Virus record (IMG/VR): IMGVR_UViG_3300043172_001414
DNA length: 64,000 nt
Source: a virus
Lineage: Duplodnaviria > Heunggongvirae > Uroviricota > Caudoviricetes
Reading direction: 5' to 3' (one strand)
This document shows, piece after piece, positions 1-8,679 of the stretch. The notes under the pieces were generated by a model that was given only the letters and a program-made list of their open reading frames with translations, did not search any database and was not told where the DNA came from. The position numbers and the translations under genes were made by a program. Numbering within the stretch: position 1 is the stretch's first letter; every line of letters begins with the position of its first letter.

Positions 1-33
1 AGATGAAGTAATTGAAGAAATGGACGAATAGTA

Positions 34-228
34 ATGACTGTTAATAACTCTGCACTAAGGGAGCCTATAAGATATGTTATTAGAAAGGCTAGAAAACTTA
101 CAGAGTTATTTTCATGTTACAATTGTCAAAGTAAAATTCCGTTTAAACGATACTACCCCGTGAAATCTCATTTGGGTGGTGTCGTTAAAGGAAAAAAATA
201 TTGTATTAATTGTATAAAGAATACTTGA
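34..228 (+). CDS. small CxxC...CxxC zinc-finger-like protein
   Basis: ORF track; CYNC and CINC motifs; follows an in-window stop of an upstream gene. Confidence 0.6.
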   Translation: MTVNNSALREPIRYVIRKARKLTELFSCYNCQSKIPFKRYYPVKSHLGGVVKGKKYCINCIKNT

Positions 229-253
229 CAATACTTAACTAATTAACTATCTT
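225..253 (+). promoter_or_regulatory. early sigma70 promoter P1 with operator-like dyad
   Basis: TTGACA(225-230)-N17-TATCTT(248-253); TAACTAATTAACTA at 236-249. Confidence 0.85.
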
Positions 254-260
254 ATATAAT

Positions 261-407
261 ATGAATGAAGACTATAAATTACACTATGAATATGAAGAAG
301 GCGATGAATATTGCTGTGCTTGTGGTGGGTTAATGGATTGGTGTTCATGTTGTGAAATGTGGCTCAATCATTGCTGTAATGATGATGTTGAATGCCAATG
401 TTATTAA
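261..407 (+). CDS. 48-aa Cys-rich microprotein (not in ORF track)
   Basis: MNEDYKLHYEYEEGDEYCCACGGLMDWCSCCEMWLNHCCNDDVECQCY; 10 Cys; fills the gap between P1 and the next RBS. Confidence 0.6.
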   Translation: MNEDYKLHYEYEEGDEYCCACGGLMDWCSCCEMWLNHCCNDDVECQCY

Positions 408-421
408 TCGATGGAGAAAAT

Positions 422-919
422 ATGATAACTGTACTTAACAAAATTTTAGAAGTATCAAACGACCCAACTATTGAAGCCCTTGTAGAAATACTCAAAGGTA
501 AAGTTGATGCGATTGATGCTGACATAAAAAGTATCGAGAATTGGAGCGGTGAAGCTTATCAAACTGGTGATGACATATACAATGCTGTTGATAGTATTAC
601 TGCTATCACACATGGTGCTGTTGTTAAAATTTCAGTGATACATTTTTTAGCTGACTATGTTTTCAAGCACATACCAAAGTTTGAAGAACAAGTTGATGCA
701 GACTTTGAAAAATTTCAGAAACAACACCAATTTTCTTTTCCTACTTTAGGAAAATTGTTTGAGCACCACAAAGACATTCCATTTGTGGATGATTCTGACA
801 AATTGATTATTAACAATTGGGCGAATGTTGACGACATGTTGAATAGGTCTGATGATAACCGTACATACGTTTCTGTAAAAGAACAACACAAAGATGTTGC
901 TATTCTTTGGGAATGGTAA
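422..919 (+). CDS. hypothetical protein
   Basis: ORF 392-919; GGAG RBS favours the ATG at 422. Confidence 0.8.
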   Translation: MITVLNKILEVSNDPTIEALVEILKGKVDAIDADIKSIENWSGEAYQTGDDIYNAVDSITAITHGAVVKISVIHFLADYVFKHIPKFEEQVDADFEKFQKQHQFSFPTLGKLFEHHKDIPFVDDSDKLIINNWANVDDMLNRSDDNRTYVSVKEQHKDVAILWEW

Positions 920-927
920 TATTTAAC

Positions 928-956
928 TTGACAGCTCTTAGTTAATTAACTATCTT
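928..956 (+). promoter_or_regulatory. early sigma70 promoter P2 with perfect 14-bp palindrome
   Basis: TTGACA-N17-TATCTT; TAGTTAATTAACTA at 939-952. Confidence 0.9.
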
Positions 957-984
957 TATTAAAGACCTCAACGGAGAAACTATT

Positions 985-1749
985 ATGAGAATTTGTAAAC
1001 ACTTAAACGACCTACAAAACACTGGTGTAGATTTAGAATCACACGAAGGCAGTATACACGGCACTCTAATTCAAGAAACAAATGAAACTGTTGATCTGTG
1101 CGACAAGTGTTTAGATGATGCTGTTATCACGAACCACTTTAAGAACAGCTATTCTACATGGTCTGCTATCAGAGAATCAGAAGAGTGGGGCTTGGTAGGT
1201 GAGCAAGAGACCCATACCCCTACGCCAAGGAAGTTTACAAAAACAGTATACTATCAAGTTACTGAAGCTCAAGTTACTCATTCATGGGACGTTACAGGAA
1301 CTTCAGATGAAGACATTCTTAAAAAAGCTAAAGATATTCATATTGACATTTATCTTCACGATCCAAATAGTCCCGATGGTGGCCACTCTGGAAAAGAAGA
1401 TGCCGGATGTGATAGTTGTAACATTGAAGTTGCATTTGATAAGGCAGACCTTAAGAAGCTATCTCAAACAACTATCATTGAAGGCTTGGTACAGCGACTA
1501 CATGATGTTTGTCCAGACGATGAAGGGCTTTACCTAAAGGGTTCAAAAATTTGTGACATGAAAGAATTGCAAAAAAAGTATCTGTCAATTTTTTATGTTG
1601 TAGAAACTGATGTAAATTTTGAGATAAGATTTACTGGTGAATTTACTACTACTAATGATGAAGTTGTCGGCATTGTGTTCAATAAAGAAGATGCTGATGC
1701 ATTTGCTGATATGAAACAACTTCAGTATGATAAATCTGGGAAAATCTAA
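985..1749 (+). CDS. hypothetical protein
   Basis: 254-aa ORF with GGAG RBS directly after P2. Confidence 0.8.
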   Translation: MRICKHLNDLQNTGVDLESHEGSIHGTLIQETNETVDLCDKCLDDAVITNHFKNSYSTWSAIRESEEWGLVGEQETHTPTPRKFTKTVYYQVTEAQVTHSWDVTGTSDEDILKKAKDIHIDIYLHDPNSPDGGHSGKEDAGCDSCNIEVAFDKADLKKLSQTTIIEGLVQRLHDVCPDDEGLYLKGSKICDMKELQKKYLSIFYVVETDVNFEIRFTGEFTTTNDEVVGIVFNKEDADAFADMKQLQYDKSGKI

Positions 1750-1758
1750 TCTTTTACA

Positions 1759-1787
1759 TTGACAACGCTTAGTTAATTAACTATCTT
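1759..1787 (+). promoter_or_regulatory. early sigma70 promoter P3 with perfect 14-bp palindrome
   Basis: TTGACA-N17-TATCTT; TAGTTAATTAACTA at 1770-1783. Confidence 0.9.
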
Positions 1788-1812
1788 TAATAATAGATAA
1801 CAAGGAGATCAT

Positions 1813-2004
1813 ATGAAAATACAAACTGTTAAATGTGCACAATGTGGATTAGTAGTCAATTATGACAATGCATGTATATTTTCTGATGGTGAATATTTTG
1901 TATGTGACCCTTGTGTTGATGAAGAATGTCCAATCTCTTATGATTATGAGCAAGAGAGTAACGACTATGGCGTTGTCGAGAAGGAAGTAAAATCATGCAC
2001 TTAA
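1813..2004 (+). CDS. small CxxC zinc-binding protein
   Basis: CAQC...CDPC; AAGGAG RBS. Confidence 0.75.
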   Translation: MKIQTVKCAQCGLVVNYDNACIFSDGEYFVCDPCVDEECPISYDYEQESNDYGVVEKEVKSCT

Positions 2005-2255
2005 TTGAAGTAGTAAATGCAAACGGTGAAGCCTTAGGGCTTTACATGGCTGAAGGTACTGAAACAGTAGCTGAAGTGACGGAAGCGATTAAAACTGCTT
2101 ACGAGTACGCAACAGTGAAAAAACAGCACTATCTCGAAAGTAACTATGAAGAAGAGATAGACGTTCAAGCTGAAGCAGAATATACTTTAGGTTTCCGCAA
2201 TATCAAGCGTGTATCAATAGATAGGCATACGGTAAAGGTTAACGATGAAAACTAA
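1995..2255 (+). CDS. hypothetical protein
   Basis: 86-aa ORF overlapping both neighbours in an operon. Confidence 0.75.
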   Translation: MHLIEVVNANGEALGLYMAEGTETVAEVTEAIKTAYEYATVKKQHYLESNYEEEIDVQAEAEYTLGFRNIKRVSIDRHTVKVNDEN

Positions 2256-2463
2256 AGTAGTCAAGTGTCCGCACTGTGGTAATGACAAGCGTACTCAAGG
2301 GGTCAGCGCCCCTATGTTCAGTATGTCTCATGGTGGCGTTGAGTGGTGTGTGGCGTGTTTAAACCCTGACTGTCATAAAGAGTTTATAGTTCATTTTGAG
2401 CTGTACAAAATTACAAAAACTAGTAAACAGTTCCCAATGACAGAACCAAAGATGGTTTTTTAA
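2245..2463 (+). CDS. zinc-ribbon protein
   Basis: CPHC...CVACLNPDC. Confidence 0.75.
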   Translation: MKTKVVKCPHCGNDKRTQGVSAPMFSMSHGGVEWCVACLNPDCHKEFIVHFELYKITKTSKQFPMTEPKMVF

Positions 2464-2488
2464 AAAGGTGGTTAATTCCATCTTTTTT
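2462..2488 (+). terminator. intrinsic terminator
   Basis: AAAGGTGG-TTAATT-CCATCTTT stem (one G-U pair) followed by T-run. Confidence 0.7.
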
Positions 2489-2490
2489 TG

Positions 2491-2519
2491 TTGACAAGAC
2501 TTAGTTAATTAGCTATCTT
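2491..2519 (+). promoter_or_regulatory. early sigma70 promoter P4 with dyad
   Basis: TTGACA-N17-TATCTT; TAGTTAATTAGCTA at 2502-2515. Confidence 0.9.
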
Positions 2520-2547
2520 ATATAATAGATAAGCAACGGAGAATAAC

Positions 2548-2811
2548 ATGGCAAACATTAATAAAGTAGTAAATGTAGAACTAAAGCACATGGACTGGGA
2601 GATGCTAAGCGGTCAAAAGCTTATTATACTTGAGTTGTTGAGTAGATCTAATGACTTGACTAAAGCGGAGGATGATACTCTTAATGGGATAATTCATTTT
2701 TTAGATGAAGTTCAAGATCAAGCTGCTGAACAGATACCACATGATGATGTGTTCTTTTCTCCCGAAAAACAGTCTTTATTAGCTGAAAAGATACGAGCTG
2801 AACACAAGTAG
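2548..2811 (+). CDS. hypothetical protein
   Basis: 87-aa ORF with GGAG RBS after P4. Confidence 0.8.
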   Translation: MANINKVVNVELKHMDWEMLSGQKLIILELLSRSNDLTKAEDDTLNGIIHFLDEVQDQAAEQIPHDDVFFSPEKQSLLAEKIRAEHK

Positions 2812-2848
2812 CTTTAGTTATATTTTATGAATAATATTAACTAAAGTA

Positions 2849-2877
2849 TAGACAAAAATTAACTAAATAACTATCTT
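2849..2877 (+). promoter_or_regulatory. early sigma70 promoter P5 with dyad
   Basis: TAGACA-N17-TATCTT; TAACTAAATAACTA at 2860-2873; extra inverted repeat CTTTAGTTA/TAACTAAAG at 2812-2846. Confidence 0.8.
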
Positions 2878-2900
2878 TTATTAAAACTTAAGGAGAACGC

Positions 2901-3461
2901 ATGGGATATACTACTGATTTTGAAGGCAAAATGACTATAACACCTGCACTGGAACCACAACAAGTAGTGTTTCTTAACAAGCTTGCGGATACTCGTAGAA
3001 TGGCTAGAAATGTTGACGAATCAATTTATGGAGTACAGGGCGAGTTCTATATTGGTAAGGGTTTTGCAGGTCAAGACAATGAACTCAATATAGCTGATTA
3101 TAATCAACCCCCTAGAACACAACCTAGTCTTTGGTTAAGGTGGGAAATTTCTGAAGATGGTACAACTTTAGAGTGGGGTGGTAGTGAAAAGTTCTATGCT
3201 TATACTGAGTGGATAGAATACCTCATAACAAAAGTTTTCATGCCTTTAGATAGGCAGTTAGATGGTACGATTCTCTACTCTGGTGAAGAAACTGGCGACG
3301 CTGGTAAGATCATTGTTACCAGCAATAAGATTTGTGTTGAGACGTGGAATGAGGGTACTTCATTTATCGAGCCAAAGAAAAACTTTGATGCAAAAGTTCT
3401 TCTTAAGGCTATCGAAGCACAAGTCAAAATTGAAACCGAAACAAAGTTTATTGTAGGATAA
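2901..3461 (+). CDS. conserved phage hypothetical protein (MGYTTDF...EKFY family)
   Basis: motifs MGYTTDFEG, QPSLWLRW, GSEKFYAYTEWIEYLI recognised from phage hypotheticals. Confidence 0.75.
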   Translation: MGYTTDFEGKMTITPALEPQQVVFLNKLADTRRMARNVDESIYGVQGEFYIGKGFAGQDNELNIADYNQPPRTQPSLWLRWEISEDGTTLEWGGSEKFYAYTEWIEYLITKVFMPLDRQLDGTILYSGEETGDAGKIIVTSNKICVETWNEGTSFIEPKKNFDAKVLLKAIEAQVKIETETKFIVG

Positions 3462-3462
3462 A

Positions 3463-4542
3463 TTGATGGAAGCTAAGAAATTTGAACCTTTACACATTGA
3501 AGAGATATGCGAATACTTTAAGGATAAAGGTATAGATATTATAGCTCAAATGGATGAAGCTCTTCCTGCAATATCAGATGAAAGGGCCGATGCGTTTGGC
3601 AACAAATTTGTCAATGAATCATACCCTACTGACATTAGTCGTTTGCTGTTTTGTAGTTTTGCAATGATCAAAGTATATGGGGATATGTTTTTTCATAACA
3701 ATCCATTGTTTGAATCTACTTTTGCATCAATATATCTGGGTATGCGTAAAGCAAAAGTGTTTAATATAACTGAAGACTTATTCTTTAAGCTTGTTAATAC
3801 AGAGATAAAAAATATCAATCCAGAATTAATTAAAATGCCTTTTGATAACATGGTGTTGTCTATCCCTTCACTAGAGGTTCAAGCTAGTGGTGATTTAGTT
3901 ATGGTTTTTAAAGACATTGTATTGACATACAATGAAGCTGAAAACTCTATCCTTGCCCAATCGTTCGGAGAAGGGCGAAAGGGCGATCAACGTATGTTGG
4001 AACAGTCTGGAATGTCATTAAGACTTAACTGTACTTCAGTTGAAGATATGATCCAACTAAGTCTTGACGATGTATTATTAGCCCGTAAAACATCTAAAGA
4101 TAAAAAAATGACCGACATTGACTTTAATGATGACGAAACAATATACAGAAGGCATTATAGTTTCATTATCAATTCTCTGTTATATATCTGCTCAATGGAA
4201 TCGTTTAATCATACCCCTGCTAAGCGATATGTTACTAAGAAGAAAAAGACTAAAGCTAATCGGTTAAAAGAAGCAACTAAAGTAGCTGAAAAGAACAAAG
4301 ATTTGTCTAAGATAGGTCGCATTGTAATAGGTTCTAACAGACGTTTGACTGATGATGAGTATAGTTGCCTGACAAACTTAAAGAACGTTGTGTCGTGTCC
4401 CAAATGGCTTGTAAGAGGTCATTGGCGTAGTCAAGCTTGTGGTATTAAAATGACTGATCGACGTATGAAGTGGATCGAGCCATACACAAAGGGTAAGGGC
4501 ATGCTAGAAGAGATTAACCAGAAACAATATTTAGTAAAGTAG
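3463..4542 (+). CDS. phage protein with C-terminal VRGHWR motif
   Basis: WLVRGHWRSQACG...WIEPYTKG preceded by a basic patch. Confidence 0.75.
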   Translation: MMEAKKFEPLHIEEICEYFKDKGIDIIAQMDEALPAISDERADAFGNKFVNESYPTDISRLLFCSFAMIKVYGDMFFHNNPLFESTFASIYLGMRKAKVFNITEDLFFKLVNTEIKNINPELIKMPFDNMVLSIPSLEVQASGDLVMVFKDIVLTYNEAENSILAQSFGEGRKGDQRMLEQSGMSLRLNCTSVEDMIQLSLDDVLLARKTSKDKKMTDIDFNDDETIYRRHYSFIINSLLYICSMESFNHTPAKRYVTKKKKTKANRLKEATKVAEKNKDLSKIGRIVIGSNRRLTDDEYSCLTNLKNVVSCPKWLVRGHWRSQACGIKMTDRRMKWIEPYTKGKGMLEEINQKQYLVK

Positions 4543-4547
4543 GGATT

Positions 4548-4928
4548 ATGTCATGGGATGATATTATAATTGGTGAACCTAACGGTAGAAAGATGAATTC
4601 GGCAGGTGGTGTTAGTCATGAGATAACAACTATTTCACAAAACTCACAAAGTTACTGGTGCGATGATTGTATTCTTGATTTAGGTATCACCATCTATAAG
4701 GATACTAAAGAAGGTGAACACCTTACTGGCCTGTTAAATAAGAATGTTAAGGTTAATGCCATACAAGAGTGGTTGGATCGTCTTATATTGAGAAAAATAA
4801 CTCCATCGAAATTATTACCTCGCATCAAAGTTATAATGAGCAACGTAAAAAATGAAGCCTATACTGATGGGTGTGATGACAAATTAGAAGAAATACAAAA
4901 AGTTTTAGGGATACGTAAATTCTATTGA
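4548..4928 (+). CDS. hypothetical protein
   Basis: 126-aa ORF in operon. Confidence 0.75.
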   Translation: MSWDDIIIGEPNGRKMNSAGGVSHEITTISQNSQSYWCDDCILDLGITIYKDTKEGEHLTGLLNKNVKVNAIQEWLDRLILRKITPSKLLPRIKVIMSNVKNEAYTDGCDDKLEEIQKVLGIRKFY

Positions 4929-4953
4929 CATACTTTAGTTAATTAGTTAACTT
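4925..4953 (+). promoter_or_regulatory. early sigma70 promoter P6 with dyad
   Basis: TTGACA-N17-TAACTT; TAGTTAATTAGTTA at 4936-4949 (exact reverse complement of the P1 site). Confidence 0.85.
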
Positions 4954-4980
4954 TAATAATAGATAATTAAAGGAGTAAAA

Positions 4981-5838
4981 ATGCCAAATCACATAACAAA
5001 CATACTTAAACTATCTGGTGAACAGATCGAAATTGATAAACTGGTCGCTCAATACAGTACTCACTATAAGTCTGAACACGATAGAGGTTATGACGAACGT
5101 CTTATATACAAAAAGATTGGTACGGATCATGGTTATGGGTGGCTTGACGAAAAGACTAAGGAGTTTCAAATTAAGGGTGGTGATACAGCTATAGGTGTTC
5201 CCGAAGATTATGAGCCTCTTATGACTGAAGCATGGACACGTTTTCCAGATTTCAATAAAATTATTCCTATGCCAGAAGAGCTTAATATCTCTTCTGGATC
5301 ACAGGGTGAACTTGGGCAGTATATCATAAATGGTACTGGTGGGAGTACATTTTTAGGTGATGAAGAATTGCGTAAGCGGTTTGCGGGATTGTCTGAAGAA
5401 GACCAACAAAAAGCTTTAAAGGTTGGTCAACAATACATTGACAATAAGGCAAAATATGGTCATACAACATGGTATGATTGGGCTATTAAAAATTGGGGTA
5501 CTAAGTGGAATTCATACTCATGTAAAAAACATGATTCTGCAACCGAAATTATTTTTGAAATTCAAACTGCATGGAGCAGTGTGCCAGACATGATTGGTAA
5601 AATGGCTGAAAAATTTCCAACTGTATTAATTGAATATGTATATGCAGATGAGGACACTGGTTGCAATTGTGGTCGCTTAACGTATGATGAAGGTAAATTA
5701 TCAACTGAAGTTATTCCAGAAAATTGTTCTATTGAGGCTTACGAGCTTGCGTTTGAAGTTATTCCCAGTAATAAAGATTACTATGAATTGGTAGATGGTG
5801 AGTACAAATACAAAGAAGATGAAGAGGATGATGATTGA
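4981..5838 (+). CDS. DUF1281/YubB ferredoxin-like domain protein
   Basis: MPNHITN start; WYDWAIKNWGTKWNS and FEIQTAWS motifs. Confidence 0.75.
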   Translation: MPNHITNILKLSGEQIEIDKLVAQYSTHYKSEHDRGYDERLIYKKIGTDHGYGWLDEKTKEFQIKGGDTAIGVPEDYEPLMTEAWTRFPDFNKIIPMPEELNISSGSQGELGQYIINGTGGSTFLGDEELRKRFAGLSEEDQQKALKVGQQYIDNKAKYGHTTWYDWAIKNWGTKWNSYSCKKHDSATEIIFEIQTAWSSVPDMIGKMAEKFPTVLIEYVYADEDTGCNCGRLTYDEGKLSTEVIPENCSIEAYELAFEVIPSNKDYYELVDGEYKYKEDEEDDD

Positions 5839-5975
5839 TTTGCAAAGTATGTAAGGCAGACTTCAATGTAAGTGAATCAATTAACAAGTATGGGAGCAAG
5901 CCGTTTATACACGATACTTGCTCCACTATTTGTTACAAAACGGCTAGAGCAGGAAAACACGATGAGAAAAAGTAA
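5835..5975 (+). CDS. 46-aa zinc-finger microprotein (TTG start; not in ORF track)
   Basis: MICKVCKADF...TCSTICYK; overlaps upstream stop, GAGGA upstream. Confidence 0.55.
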   Translation: MICKVCKADFNVSESINKYGSKPFIHDTCSTICYKTARAGKHDEKK

Positions 5976-6330
5976 ACGGATATATGCGAAAATTAATGCA
6001 GAAAAAAGCTTTGCTAAAAAGTCTGCATTGGAAAAGTGTCACAAGCTTTTAGCTAAAGCAGAAGAACTATCGAAGAAACATGACTTTGAACTATCATGCA
6101 TCTTTGGTAAAGACGGTTGGAATACAGAATATATTAATCTCAATATTGAAACTACTAATAACTCATTGCAGAGTATTATGTATGCTTTGATTGCAATAGA
6201 GTTTCACCATGAAAATGTTATGGATGTTAAAGATGTACAGGATGTAGTCAGCCAAACTATTAAGGCACTCGGAGACTATACAAATGATAAGATTAACGAA
6301 ATGGAAGACACTCTTAATTTGGCTAACTAA
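5962..6330 (+). CDS. hypothetical protein
   Basis: ORF 5872-6330; AGGA RBS favours the ATG at 5962. Confidence 0.7.
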   Translation: MRKSKRIYAKINAEKSFAKKSALEKCHKLLAKAEELSKKHDFELSCIFGKDGWNTEYINLNIETTNNSLQSIMYALIAIEFHHENVMDVKDVQDVVSQTIKALGDYTNDKINEMEDTLNLAN

Positions 6331-6451
6331 AGTATCTATACAGGAGGTAACACACGTTATTAACCTGTTAGGTGTGAGGTATATAAAGCAATATAGATCG
6401 GTCATTAGCGCAGAAATATTAGCTAAGAAACTATATAACTTAGAAAATAAC

Positions 6452-6480
6452 TTGACAGATATTAGTTTTATAGTTATATT
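6452..6480 (+). promoter_or_regulatory. sigma70 promoter P7 (degenerate dyad) upstream of XRE gene
   Basis: TTGACA-N17-TATATT; spacer contains TTAGTT half-site. Confidence 0.7.
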
Positions 6481-6566
6481 TGATAGTAAGAAAGTTATTA
6501 TTAAATGTAATAAGATGGAGTTGGAGCACATTTATACGAGAGAACAATTCAACAAGGAATTTGAAA

Positions 6567-6965
6567 ATGGCTAAAGCTAAAACTAAGATAAAAAGAAACA
6601 AGGTTGAGTACGGTGTTGAATATGATTTTGGTACTATCCTTAAAAAGATTCGTATCAATCGAGGTTTAACACAAGAAGAGGTTGCTGATGCTATACACGT
6701 CCAACCTCCAACATTGTCAGCATATGAGAACGATAAGCAGAAACCTTCTATTATGATTTTAGTAGACTTGGCAAATGTTTATAATGTCGATGTGAATGAA
6801 CTTATTGGGTACATCACTAAGACTTCAGAGAAATCAAAAATTAACAATCTATACGCACAGCTATCAACTAAAAACAGAAAAACTGTTGTTGATCAAGCGG
6901 AATACCTTCTGTTTAGACAAGAAGGTAACGGAGAATTACTTAACTACAATACAAAAACACAATAA
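6567..6965 (+). CDS. XRE/Cro-C1-type helix-turn-helix transcriptional regulator
   Basis: LKKIRINRGLTQEEVADAIHVQPPTLSAYENDKQKPSIMILVDLANVYNVDVNELIG; AAGGA RBS. Confidence 0.9.
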   Translation: MAKAKTKIKRNKVEYGVEYDFGTILKKIRINRGLTQEEVADAIHVQPPTLSAYENDKQKPSIMILVDLANVYNVDVNELIGYITKTSEKSKINNLYAQLSTKNRKTVVDQAEYLLFRQEGNGELLNYNTKTQ

Positions 6966-6984
6966 CAAATAAAAGGAATGCCAT

Positions 6985-7701
6985 ATGAGTAAAAAGAATA
7001 TGAAATACATTACAAAGATGCTTACATGCTATCAAATTATAAGGACTATTGAAGGTAAGCAGATTTACTTCGGAAGTGTGAATCATAAGAAAGACAACGC
7101 ATTGAAACAGGTTCAACGTATGCGTGATGTTACTGTTGCTATGCTTGATGCAGGGAATGATGTTGATGTGATCAAAACACAGATTAGATCAATGGACTTC
7201 TCTAAGTTAAAAGTGGCAAAGCTTTTCTTAGAATCGTTAAGTGAGAAAGTTGCTGAAGCTGAAGGGTCTGCAAGCTCTGCAGATGAAACTTCTGATTATT
7301 CAGATTTTATACCACCCGAAGAAATCCTAGCGACTGAAACACAATCTACCAGTGCCGACTCTGGTGTGTTAGAGTCTGAGAATATTGATGTTACTGCAAA
7401 TACAGAAACTCAACTGGTATCTTTTACAAGTCTCAATGCTGAAAGTCTCAAACAATTCTCAAACATGTATGCGACCCTTAAGTCTCTGGATATGTCAGAA
7501 CAGGATACTAAGCGTTTTGATGAAATCTTTGATGACCTCGACACCATCAATGGTACTATAGACCGTCTTAACAGTCGTCTGGAAGAACATTTACCTCATG
7601 CTGAACTACTATTCTATAAGAATGAAGCAAAGGTTCTGGCGAAGGATAAGAAGTCACTTCAAAATCGACTAACACGAGCTGAAAAAAAATTAGCTGTGTA
7701 A
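6985..7701 (+). CDS. AP2-like DNA-binding domain plus coiled-coil protein (paralog 1)
   Basis: MKYI..YQIIRTIEGKQIYFGS...RD pattern; heptad C-terminus; similar to 7966-8538. Confidence 0.55.
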   Translation: MSKKNMKYITKMLTCYQIIRTIEGKQIYFGSVNHKKDNALKQVQRMRDVTVAMLDAGNDVDVIKTQIRSMDFSKLKVAKLFLESLSEKVAEAEGSASSADETSDYSDFIPPEEILATETQSTSADSGVLESENIDVTANTETQLVSFTSLNAESLKQFSNMYATLKSLDMSEQDTKRFDEIFDDLDTINGTIDRLNSRLEEHLPHAELLFYKNEAKVLAKDKKSLQNRLTRAEKKLAV

Positions 7702-7702
7702 T

Positions 7703-7731
7703 AAAAGGGAGTGCTTCGGCACTCCTTTTTT
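7703..7731 (+). terminator. intrinsic terminator
   Basis: GGGAGTGC-TTCG-GCACTCCT followed by T-run. Confidence 0.9.
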
Positions 7732-7746
7732 CGTTTAAGGTATAAT

Positions 7747-7836
7747 ATGTCTATTAAAAAAACTCCAAAGAAAATCAAAGAAACTGTATTACATTGGTAT
7801 TTAGAGCTTAAAAAGCTGAAAGACAGCGAAAAATAA
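7747..7836 (+). CDS. 29-aa basic peptide
   Basis: MSIKKTPKKIKETVLHWYLELKKLKDSEK; AAGG upstream. Confidence 0.35.
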   Translation: MSIKKTPKKIKETVLHWYLELKKLKDSEK

Positions 7837-7897
7837 TATGTACTATTTCATCTTAATAATAAAAATGCATAAAAAATATTATTTCTGTAAATAATAT

Positions 7898-7926
7898 TTG
7901 ACTTCTTAGTAATTATATTCTATCTT
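7898..7926 (+). promoter_or_regulatory. sigma70 promoter P8
   Basis: TTGACT-N17-TATCTT; TTAGT half-site; TATCTTT...AAAGATA dyad over the -10/+1 region. Confidence 0.75.
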
Positions 7927-7965
7927 TAGTAAAGAAAGATAATTTACTCAAAAGGAAAGGTAAAC

Positions 7966-8538
7966 ATGAGCGCATCTAACAAATCAGAAAACGCAATCGC
8001 CTCCCAAGAAAAAAAAGCAAAAAAAGACCCTACGATGAAATATATTGTAGACTGGAATGGTAAGTTTCGTATAATTAAAAAAGTTGGCAAAACTCAAGAT
8101 TATTTTGGTACAATGGAAACAATCGAAGAAGCTAAAACGAGAAGAGATGCAGTTGTTCTCATGGCTGATCAAGGCTATAGCGCACAAGAGATCAAGGCTC
8201 AGTTTGCTATAGGTTCGGATTACAGCAAGCCTGTATACAGCATGCCTAAAGGTGAAGGACGTTTCGATCTTAGCAAATTCATGGCGTTATACGAGCTTAC
8301 AAAAGGTTCTGATAGCTTCACCAAAGAGCATAAAGAGTTAATTAATTCAGTAATGCGTAAAAAGATTGAATCTGATAAGCTTGCTAAAGAGATTGAAGAA
8401 ACCCCTAGTAGCATTGTCGCTGTTATGGAAGATATTAGTCGTGCTGATGAACATGACACAATGAAGGCTAATATTGCAAAGCTTGAAAAAGAAAACAGGT
8501 CTTTAAAGAAAAGTCGGGCTCAAAAGGCTGTTGCTTAA
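7966..8538 (+). CDS. AP2-like DNA-binding domain plus coiled-coil protein (paralog 2)
   Basis: MKYIVDWNGKFRIIKKVGKTQDYFGTMETIEEAKTRRD matches the AP2/MBD-like pattern. Confidence 0.6.
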   Translation: MSASNKSENAIASQEKKAKKDPTMKYIVDWNGKFRIIKKVGKTQDYFGTMETIEEAKTRRDAVVLMADQGYSAQEIKAQFAIGSDYSKPVYSMPKGEGRFDLSKFMALYELTKGSDSFTKEHKELINSVMRKKIESDKLAKEIEETPSSIVAVMEDISRADEHDTMKANIAKLEKENRSLKKSRAQKAVA

Positions 8539-8555
8539 TAGCAACAACCCTATTG

Positions 8556-8607
8556 AAAAACCCCTGCCCTGTTGACTTAACTATTGATAAATGGCAGGGG
8601 TTTTTTT
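8556..8607. terminator. bidirectional terminator between convergent genes
   Basis: AAAAACCCCTGCC (8556-8568) / GGCAGGGGTTTTT (8593-8605), 24-nt loop. Confidence 0.75.
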
Positions 8608-8679
8608 GTATCTATAGCTAAACACCAAGGCTGAGAGAAAGTGCCTTAGAGACACCTTAAAACAGCAATACACAGCATC

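Noticed and set aside
225-4953. Repeated ~30-bp units as a CRISPR array
   Set aside because: Spacing is 360-2100 bp with full genes between units, the units are sigma70 promoters, and no cas genes are present.
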